The position numbers were made by a program, and so were the translations under genes. A stretch of 51,581 nt of DNA, the filler included, from Bilabrum cf. latius (taxonomy: Eukaryota): assembly GCA_965178125.1 (NCBI GenBank). It is 2 parts of 2 records of this genome, joined end to end, with 100 filler letters (N's around TTAATTAATTAA, not from the genome) between each part and the next. Parts side by side here need not be neighbours in the genome. Positions count along the whole stretch, not along the records: positions 1 to 25,822 come from CBCXTV010000037.1; 1 more part is not named here. The stretch is one strand, 5' to 3'. A model generated the notes under the pieces. It was not told where the DNA came from and did not search any database. It saw only the letters and a list, made by a program, of their open reading frames with translations. This document shows positions 10,389-19,534 of this stretch, piece after piece. How positions within the stretch are numbered: the stretch's first letter is position 1; each line of letters opens with the position of its first letter.

Positions 10389-11557
10389 TTCTCCGCTTCA
10401 ATTCCTGTCCCAAATCCGATTCCCATTTCGAGACCGAAAAAGGTGACCCGGAAAACGACGGTACTTATTTCTGAACCGTTTTCCGGACGCTTTCCGGGCC
10501 TCCCATGTGACCGCTTTTTGCGTACCGAAACACGTTCCGCGCGTGAGGAGCAGATGCGGGGATTTCGCCAAAAATGGCCGATCCGCACAAGGAATTTAAG
10601 TTGCGGCGACACAGCTCGGACCCCGGCTTTTTTTTGGCTGTTTCGGGGCCCCAAGAGGGCTCCCGGCCCCAAAAAGGGCAAAACGCGAGGTTGTGGTGGA
10701 AAAAATGGGCCCCAAGGAGCCCCCAAACGACGCAAAACGCCACGTTGTTGTGGATTTTAGAGCCCCTAAATCGCCCAAAAAAGACGCAAAACGCCACGTG
10801 GTGGTGGATTTTAGAGCCCCTAAATCGCCAAAAAAGACGCAAAACGCCACGTTGTAGTGGATTTTAGAGCCCCTAAATCGCCCAAAAAAGACGCAAAACG
10901 CCACGTTGTGGTGTTTTTTTTGAGCGTTTTCGGGGGGCTCGGAAGGGGACCCCCCCAGGATTTGGCCAAAAATGGCCGATCCACACAAGGACTTTAAGTT
11001 GCGGCGACACAGTTCGGGCCCCGGTTTGTTTTTGCGGTTTGGGGGCCCCGAGAGGGCTCCCGGCCCCAAAAAGGGCAAAACGCGAGGTTGTGGTGGAAAA
11101 AATGGGCCCCAGGCAGCCCCCAAACGACGCAAAACGCCACGTTGTGGTGGATTTTAGAGCCCCTAAATCGCCCAAAAAAGACGCAAAACGCCACGTTGTG
11201 GTGGATTTTAGAGCCCCTAAATCGCCCCAAAGAGACGCAAAACGCCACGTTGTAGTGGATTTTAAAGCCCCTAAACCGCCCTAAAAAGACGCAAAACGCC
11301 ACGTTGTGGTGTTTTTTTTTGAGCGTTTTGGGGGGGCCCGGAAGGGGACCCCCCCAGATTTGGCCCAAAATGGCCGATCCACACAAGGAATTTAAGTTGC
11401 GGCGACACAGTTCGGGCCCCGGGGTTTGTTTTGCTGTTTGGGGGCCCCAAGAGGGCTCCCGGGAGGCCCTAGAGTGGCCCTTCTCCGCTTCAATTCCTGT
11501 CCCAAATCCGATTCCCATTTCGAGACCGAAAAAGGTGACCCGGAAAACGACGGTACT
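10389..11557. repeat. Nested tandem repeat block (~399-bp units containing ~52-bp subunits) bounded by 77-bp direct repeats
   Basis: Units start at aaaatggccgatcc (~10570, ~10968, partial ~11367). Subunit gacgcaaaacgccacgttgtggtggattttagagcccctaaatcgcccaaaaaa. Boundary repeats at 10389-10465 and 11481-11557. Confidence 0.95.
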
Positions 11558-14451
11558 CTCCGTCACTCCATCTGGCGGCGAAAATTGCCTCAGTTTCCGG
11601 TCCCCGATTCCGGGCCCAAGGACCCCCGAAATTCCCGATTCCGCGCAGTGCCGAAAGCTCGACATAAACCACAAACACGACACACAACACAACACGATAG
11701 CGCCTCCCCACGCGCGGGACTGGGTCCTTCCGCTCGCTGCATGTGAGCTGCAGTGTGTTCTTGCCGGGAATGTCACTGGAAGTCGCGCTGCAGTCTGCTC
11801 AGGGCGCCTTATGACCATGAAGGCGTCTCAGCACCCGCGACGGCAAGAGGGGGCACGCACGACGTTGCGAAGCACCCGCCCTGGGTGAAGAAACTGCGTA
11901 TCCACAGGAGTCACGTTCAGTTGCGCGAGAATTGGAAAGGCGGGGTAACTGGTGCAGAGGAGCTTGTTCGCAGCGCGGCTTCCACCAGCGCCGCTGACGA
12001 TAAGATGCATCGGTCTCGGTACATGAGTCGGCACGGTGTTGCGTGATTGACTTCACGATGCGGGAGTGTGCAGCCTTCCGCAGCGGGAGAATTGTATCTC
12101 CCCACGACCGCCGAAAAAAAAAAAGGCTATGCTGGACTCGTTCCAGGGAAGGCTATGCGATGAGTATCTCTAGGCGCTTTCCGGAAGACCCACCCACTAC
12201 ACGCTGGTCAGCCCTCCCAAGCGGGAGTGAACCGCGGAGCCGCGGGCCCGTGAGCGCTGCTGCTACGATCATTTCTGCCCGTTTGACTCTCGCCCACTCT
12301 TGCCGTGACCAAAGACGCGCAGATCCTTATGACGCATGACACCTCGTCGAGGTGTCGAGACTGCCTCACATTCCCGTTACGGAGACCCACAGCACTGCGA
12401 CAACGAAATCGGTCACGAAGAGAGCAAGAGGCCGCGCACCTGAGCATCACAAAAACCCCGAGAGACATAAACAACACCGTACCGTGAAGTCCCTGCGACG
12501 AGGGGATGCTAAGCGGCTCCCACGGCGGCTCCTCTGCGGGAGAAGCTGCCGCAGACCTCGAGATGGGATGCACATGATTGCGAAGATTGCGGAACTCGTC
12601 CGAAGCCGGTCGCACGAGGGTCACAGCGAATGGAGGCATATCTTTGAAATAGAGTCTGCGTGCAAAGCAGCATTCCAAACGATCGTCCGCATTCTTCCGA
12701 GCAAATCCTTGGGAGCACACATCCTGCGGACGACATCTCTTTTCTATCCACCCCAGCGTACTCCCCGCGCACACTTCTCGCGAATGATTGAGAATTCTGT
12801 GCGGCACATGTAATATCAGGCTACCATGATACGCGGAATGGCGTGCTATTGCTCGCACGTTCGTGCGCCCCCTTCCGAATGCGCTTACCACATCACTATG
12901 TTCGTCGGCAACCGTATACACCGTAGGGGTCTTCCCTCCGACACCAAGCGTACACGACTGGCCGTAATAGCGCAGCGTAGATGTTTCGGACGTCGCCCAG
13001 GACAAGTGTCGACGCCCGGTTCGTCACGATCACTACGTGTGCACTTCACTCACCGCCCTCCAGCCGCTAGACTTCTTTTGGAACGCGACATCCTACGACG
13101 CGCTATGACACGTAGCCGTAAACCGCAGACGGCCTCGCGTTCACTGCTTGCAGCGCAAGTGCGTGAACAAGAACCGCCCGCGTGGCACACCTTCGCAGGC
13201 GCGGAAGACAAAAAGTTCCTTCTAAGCTTGTATTCGGGTCCGAAAGCCAAATTCCACTTCGGGGTCGAGAAGGGCGACCCGGGAAATCACCGTACGCTCT
13301 GTGAATCCATTTCCCGGGGAAAGTCCCCGAGTTCCCGCTACCCGGTCCCAGGCCCAGCGACCCAGGAAAGTTCCCGTCCCCCCGCATGCGGAAACCTCCC
13401 ACGAAGCACGCCCACCTCACGCTTCACACGCAAAAGTCCAGGAGTCAAATCCATTCCGGACCCAGCAGTTCACCCCCCGTGACGATTGGGAAAGGCTCTT
13501 GCACACACCTTCTCGTCCGAGCAGTCTATGGAGCACACGCCTGTCTTCGTTGCCTTTTCCGGCCAAAAATGCAGGGAGTTCGAAGGGGAAGTAGCAAACG
13601 CGGAAGACCGCTTTCGAAACGCAGGTGCTCAGGGAAAAACAACCAGAGCGTCCCTGATCCTCGGCAGAGCCGTCCAGGAGGGACGGGCACGGACGGGCAT
13701 CGCAGATCTTGCAGCGCCACCATTCGCCGGGATGGGCGACCGGACGAGGGCGACCACAAGTACGTAGCGTGCGACGTCCGTCAGTCGCCATGTTGCGCTC
13801 ATTCGCTTTCGCGGCACGACTTCCAGGGCCGGCCTTACTCACTCCTCGGAGTCCGCGTGTGGATTCTCCCCTGCGCACGATCTGCCGCTCTAGATGCTAC
13901 ACAAAGATCCCGCTCGGATGACCCCCTCTGTGCATTCTGCAAGATTTTACGCGCCTCCATTCAATGCGCGAAGCATGCACCGCAGCAGTCTGAGTCCGGT
14001 GACCACCTTCAATAGCGTGGGACAAATTCCGTCCGCGATGTGCATTCGGGCATGCTCCCCTTTCCGAGTCTCTGTGACCCGTAGTGCGTCCGCGGCCAAC
14101 GACTCAGGACTCCACGATGGTACGCACGAGTTGCATTCCTTGCACGAAGCGTGCGGAGAGAAAGCGATGCTCAGACATCGAGGCGCTTGGAGGGTCTGCA
14201 CACGACATGCTTCGAGAGGCCATGCAAACATGCGAAACCAGAACTGAGGTTCCTCATCGTTCCTGCTGTCGAGCGCTCAATTGGGGCATCGGATCAGGAC
14301 GAAGCTCGCGAAGAGAGGGCGCGGGTGTCCCCATCCAAAAATCCGCCGCCTTCAAGGCTCATGTTCCCGGATCCTGCATTCGCGAGTTTCGGGAGCAGAA
14401 GTGCAAGATCGCCGCTGGACACACAGCGCATGCCATTTCCCGTCTCTGGAG

Positions 14452-17013
14452 ATGTCGGGCTTCCAGGCGCAATTCGGACACCATCGCCAGGACCTCGGGA
14501 AGATGACATGTCTGCTGATCTGCAGGGAAGAGTCCCGCTTCGAGGAGTGGCGACAAAAAAAAGGGGCGCGAGAACTCCACGAGCACATGGGAGCGGTCCT
14601 TCGGCTCCCCAATCCAGTGTTTCCGCAGACCGACAGGGACCCAGATGGACGCGACATCGTCAAAGACCAGGCCCTCTTGGATATCTTCTCCGGCAAGATA
14701 ACGGACTGGAGCAAATACAATCCGGCCACTGTTGGGGCGATCCAATCCCATCGAAACGCATGGCTGTGGGCTGAGAACCACACGCCGACGGAATGGCTCA
14801 TGGTTGTCGAAGATGATATCGAACCTCGCGAAGCATGCGTGGATCGGCTACTCGTAGTTCTTCACGCCATCGCGAAAAACCCCAAGGTGACGCAGATGGC
14901 CATGTTAGCGGGGTCAGAAGCACCGAGAATGGTCACCCTCCAGCGCGAAAACTCCACCTCCATCCACAATTGCGAGCGCCTCTTGGACGTGCGGACCTAT
15001 CCGGCGCACTGGGTAGACAACACATTTGTGGTCCCCTACCACGTCGGCATGGGCCTAAAGTGGTATCTCATCAGCCCGGAGGGGAGGAAGGCGCTCCTGA
15101 AGATGCGGATCCCGAACCGAAGCTTCGAACGCTGCGTCTGGCGCCGCCTCTTCGACACGTTCCAAGGGCCGGTATGGAAGTGGGGAGATTGCCTCCGCAT
15201 GACATCTGTGCTGGCAGCCAGCCCGGTCCTCGCATCGACTCCCGAAAGCATGGACACGGAGTGGGGGGGCTCGGGACGACGAAGTGCGGATGCAGGGCAC
15301 AGTATGAAACCGTACATAATGATCGACCCGAGTGACGACTGGACTCTTGGCGAGCGATTAAACACATTGTCCGTCGTGATGTCCGTGTGCGCGGCCCTGA
15401 GTTGGGGGGTTGTCCTCGTCTGGGAAAAAACAGAGCGCGTGCCCATCTCCTACGAAGACTTGTGCGGTGTTCACGAGCACGCCGGCGAAACCAACACGTT
15501 CGTCCACCTCCTCCAGGACAAACGCGGCGGGTCGTATTCGTACTTCCTGAGGTACGGAGACATCCGCATCCACGTGGTGCAGCCGATGATGTGCATCCCC
15601 ACCCTCGACAGAATGCTCGACATGGTAGCCATGAAGAGGCCCAAGATGAACACCCTGCCTCCCTTGAAATGGCAGACCGCTCGATGGATCCAAGTCAAGC
15701 AGAAGTGGATCGATAAACTCCACACGGAGATGCCGGGGGCCGAGCTGCCCTCATGGCTGGAGTGGCCACCCTCAACCCACGCGCTTGTCCTCTGCGACGA
15801 CAGGGACTTGGCGGCGCATTGCCTCGAGGGGAGATGCCAAGAGGAGCAGCAGGAGTGGATGAACGGCGGGAAGGACAACAGCATCCAGTACTACATCCTT
15901 GAGGCAAAGCAGGCGCTGCAGAACGAGTTGGAAGACATCCTAAAGGGGGACAGCAGCTCGCGCCTCGTCGTGATCCGCATGACAACCAAACCGCTGGGAC
16001 AGGTCTGGGTGGACATGATGAAGCACCTCACGAAGCAGTTCAGGGAGCGCATCATAACGCCAACGTTCCTCCTCCCGAAAATGATCCCCAAAAGGAGGCA
16101 CGACGAGAAGAACCCGAGTGATGATTGGATTACTTGGGGAGCATCCTTGGCGAAAACCGTGGGCCTCCTCACGCTCATACCTCCGATGCAAGTGCACTAT
16201 CCCATCATGAGCTGGACCGTGGCCTGGAACCACTTCATGTTTAAGGGCAGGACTGCCACGGACACCGTGATCCCAGACGTCATCCGAACTCTGTACGCTC
16301 CGCACAAGAGCAACAGGAAGCAGCTCCTCAAGAACGGCCCGCTGTGCCAGACGAGGCGCGCCGTGCTGGACTCGCCCGCACTGCGGGACATTGCGAACAA
16401 CTACTCAAGGGCCAAGGACAAGACCTATAACCTCTTGAGTTATTCCAAATGGTTTGCCGAGGAAGCCATGTGGCACATGATCAAGTACGCGGAAAGCACG
16501 CAGTGCATCGTCGACCCGTTCGTGAGCCGCCAGTGCCAAAAGGTCTTCGAGCACATCCCCTCGGACGACATCGGCCATGCGGACGCCCGGCTCCGGTACA
16601 ACCTTCAGGATGCCGACGACCGAGGTTACCGCTTCAACGCGGGGCATCTCTACACCGCGGTGCAGGGCATCAAAACGGTGAACATCGCATACAACAAGTG
16701 GCTCACCGAGCAGGCACAGAGTCATTCCGAATGGAGCTGGGGCAAAACGTTCATCAAGCTTGTGATCAACCAGTGGCGGCAGCAGCAGGGCAGTGAGCCG
16801 TATGACGTGGACGAGGAGGAGTACGTGAGCCTTCCGCGGACCTTCCACGGGAATTCGTTGAAGCTCGCGAGGAGCGTAAGCCACAAGGACACGAGATCCT
16901 GCTCCAGATCGTCCTCATCCTATTCCAGGTCGCCCTCCACCAACAGGACTGAGGCACAGCCTTCGAAGAGAGCGCGCCTGACCCCGGCACCCGGCGTAAA
17001 GCACGAGCCCTGA
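14452..17013 (+). CDS. Large glycosyltransferase: GT25-like N-terminal domain plus probable fucosyltransferase-like (GT-B) domain
   Basis: GT25-type VGAIQSHRNAW...WLMVVEDDI. A second motif TLGERLNTLSVVMSVCAALSWGVVLVW...YEDL resembles the GLGNRL...W...DLF N-terminus of fucosyltransferase-like proteins. Open 853-aa frame from the first ATG. Confidence 0.7.
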   Translation: MSGFQAQFGHHRQDLGKMTCLLICREESRFEEWRQKKGARELHEHMGAVLRLPNPVFPQTDRDPDGRDIVKDQALLDIFSGKITDWSKYNPATVGAIQSHRNAWLWAENHTPTEWLMVVEDDIEPREACVDRLLVVLHAIAKNPKVTQMAMLAGSEAPRMVTLQRENSTSIHNCERLLDVRTYPAHWVDNTFVVPYHVGMGLKWYLISPEGRKALLKMRIPNRSFERCVWRRLFDTFQGPVWKWGDCLRMTSVLAASPVLASTPESMDTEWGGSGRRSADAGHSMKPYIMIDPSDDWTLGERLNTLSVVMSVCAALSWGVVLVWEKTERVPISYEDLCGVHEHAGETNTFVHLLQDKRGGSYSYFLRYGDIRIHVVQPMMCIPTLDRMLDMVAMKRPKMNTLPPLKWQTARWIQVKQKWIDKLHTEMPGAELPSWLEWPPSTHALVLCDDRDLAAHCLEGRCQEEQQEWMNGGKDNSIQYYILEAKQALQNELEDILKGDSSSRLVVIRMTTKPLGQVWVDMMKHLTKQFRERIITPTFLLPKMIPKRRHDEKNPSDDWITWGASLAKTVGLLTLIPPMQVHYPIMSWTVAWNHFMFKGRTATDTVIPDVIRTLYAPHKSNRKQLLKNGPLCQTRRAVLDSPALRDIANNYSRAKDKTYNLLSYSKWFAEEAMWHMIKYAESTQCIVDPFVSRQCQKVFEHIPSDDIGHADARLRYNLQDADDRGYRFNAGHLYTAVQGIKTVNIAYNKWLTEQAQSHSEWSWGKTFIKLVINQWRQQQGSEPYDVDEEEYVSLPRTFHGNSLKLARSVSHKDTRSCSRSSSSYSRSPSTNRTEAQPSKRARLTPAPGVKHEP

Positions 17014-17887
17014 CGACGAAATGCCGCGGAACAGCGCGTTGCGAGGAGACAAAGCTCCGCAGGCAACAGCAGAAGGCCGCCGAGCGCCGGAGTTGGAGGG
17101 TCACATAGTTCCATCGGTCCCATTCTCTCCGGAAGTCGCATAGCACGTGGAGATCCGCATGCTCTCGGTGCATGAACGCTGGCAGCACGCAGTGCCAAAG
17201 TCGCAAAGCGCTTCAGAGTCACAAGTCCAGAAGTTCTTCTGCCAATGTGTGTCCTCTTCCCACTCATGTGTGCATCCTCGGAGGAAGTCTGGAGATGACA
17301 GGACCCAGCACGCACCACATCAGAAGTCCTTTTTTAAAGCGGCATCGTCAGACAAAAATCTGGAACGCCCTTCCGCAAAAAAGAGTGCTGCCCACAGAAA
17401 AAAGGGAAACACCTGAGGCCCCAGAAGCCAAAGGGAGGACCGCGAAGGACGCAGTTTCGAGGTCACACTTTCCGGGACCAGTTTTGAGCCCAAAAAGGGG
17501 TACACAAGAGGAAAACACGATGCGGGAGGCTTGAAATTGTCACCGAAAACGGGCCCAAAATTGGGACCCCTTTTTCGCAAATTTCGCAGCATCCAGACGA
17601 CCCAGAAAGGCTTTCCCAGGCGCCGCCTCGAAGCTCACCTTCTCGCATGCAACCATGACGCAGCCCCACCTCCTCATGCAGACGCGTCTGAGAGACCCCG
17701 CAGTGGAACTTCTCCCATTCTGCGCAGGAAGCACTTCAGTCTACAAGGACCCGCGCACTTCTTACCGCACCACCTCCATGTGAAAGCACTTCTCGCGGAG
17801 TTTTTTTCGGGCCCAGGAATACAGCAACTGCCAGAAGCTTCGCACAGAAAAGCAGCCCACTCAGGAAGCAAACTCACTGCACACCCC

Positions 17888-18358
17888 ATGGCGAGCGACG
17901 CAGAACCGGAGGACGCAATGCGGCTCGACTCCCCTAGAGATGCGGATGCAGCGGCGCCACCCGAAGCGACGGAGGCAGGATCACAGAAACCAGATCATGC
18001 GCAGCAGTTCTTCGAGGAGCCCTGCCCGAAAGACGGACACATGGAAGCGCTAGAGAAGACCGCCAAGACGGACGAACCTGGCGACACACCCTTGTTCGTC
18101 GACAAGTGGACGGCAGCGATCACACGCCTTACCGAGGAGCGCAAGGCTCTCAAGCTCGAGCAGCGGGCTAAAACGAAGGCCATCCGCAAAACCATCCGGC
18201 AGAAAAGGCGCACCATGAAGAACGCCAAAAAACTCACAGACGACGAGCTCGCCCAAATCGTGCTAGACAGGAAGATCTTGCAGTTGGTGCAAAAAGAAGA
18301 GATCGCAGCACGCAGCTCCGCCAACTCCTCAACGAGCCAGGCGAAGTCGACCTTGTGA
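17888..18358 (+). CDS. Small protein (156 aa): acidic N-terminus, basic coiled-coil C-terminus
   Basis: ITRLTEERKALKLEQRAKTKAIRKTIRQKRRTMKNAKKLTDDELAQIVL; G/C-ending codons; directly upstream of the origin/Rep region. Confidence 0.7.
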   Translation: MASDAEPEDAMRLDSPRDADAAAPPEATEAGSQKPDHAQQFFEEPCPKDGHMEALEKTAKTDEPGDTPLFVDKWTAAITRLTEERKALKLEQRAKTKAIRKTIRQKRRTMKNAKKLTDDELAQIVLDRKILQLVQKEEIAARSSANSSTSQAKSTL

Positions 18359-18780
18359 GAAGCGCTTCCCGTGTTCAGAGAACCGAGGATTACAGATAGA
18401 CCCCGCGTCACAGAAGCCATCGCAAGAGGGCAGAGCGTCAAGTACAGCGCAGTCTTGACGGACACAGATAGCCCGAGCAGCACAAAGCAGCGGATGCGGC
18501 TGCCCAGCGGAGTCGCGCACTCGGACAGCATACACGGGACGTGCTGGCAGAAATCACTCAGTCCGCGAGCACCGTCGTCAAGAGCACGGGAGGGGCAGAC
18601 TCGACATGCACAACTTTGAAAAACGGGAGGGGCACGAAAGGAAGACAAATTTGGCATTAATCCTTGATTACCCCCGCCCCCCCGTAGAATCAGAGCGAGG
18701 AGATATGCTCGGAAGGTCCGGGGGGCAGTCGCAGAAAAGTGCACGCGAAAATAAGAGGAAAGGGGACCCCCCAAACCCAC

Positions 18781-19025
18781 GTAGTGCGATCCTGGGTGGT
18801 ACCCTCTAAGGTACTAAGAATCCTTCCCCCGAAAATCGCACTACATCGGTCCCTGGCGTCGGGGAAAGCGGAAAAAAGGGGAGCACTACCGTGAAAAAAT
18901 CCTGCATTTTACAGGAAAATCGGAGCACTACGTGTCAAAAACTGGGGGTTTTTGAGGTTTTTTTTCCAGAAAAACGGCATTTTTTTATGTAAAAACCGCG
19001 CGAAACGAGCACTACCGAGCACTAC
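18781..19025. promoter_or_regulatory. Candidate rolling-circle origin: inverted repeat plus GCACTAC iterons
   Basis: 10-bp perfect IR 18781-18790/18835-18844 encloses gtacc-ctctaa-ggtac. gagcactac occurs at 18881, 18923, 19007 and 19017 within A/T runs, ~500 nt upstream of Rep. Confidence 0.5.
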
Positions 19026-19534
19026 ATCGCCTCCTCCAGTCGTGTTTCGCATTTTTTTCGCTGGCCGAAAATGTCTCCGAAGGCGCTGCCTCGAGGGGGG
19101 GTTCCGATGGCTGATTTTGGGCGTTCTGTTGTCGATTTCGCGTGCATTTCAGGTTGTCGGCGAGGCCTTTTTGGCGTATGTCGCAGGTTCGGATGCCCTC
19201 GAACGTCGTGTCTCATGTGGTATTCGCCGGTTTCTATGTTCGAGAAGGCGGTCGGTCGGTCATCCTCTCTGGCAGGCTCCGAAGTGCGTTTGTGATCGTG
19301 CTAATTGCAACGCCATGCTTTCCTTCGTTGGCTTCGAGAATCCTTCCCTCGGAAGCGGTACTACCTCGCCCAGGGCGGCACGAGCTGCAGACTCAGCTGC
19401 CTCGGTGCTCATGTGTGTCCCGTGTCAGCAGTTTCGGTGTTACGAACAGCAAGGATTCTGGGCATTGCGTGTCGGAGGCAAGTGTTCTATCTTGAGGCAT
19501 TCCGCGATTCGTCGAAGGATTATTTGCGCAAATA

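Noticed and set aside
10725-11310. CRISPR-like ~52-bp periodicity
   Set aside because: These are head-to-tail tandem units without unique spacers.
11800-14400. Several 100-265-aa ORFs
   Set aside because: No recognisable motifs; such ORFs are expected by chance at this GC content.
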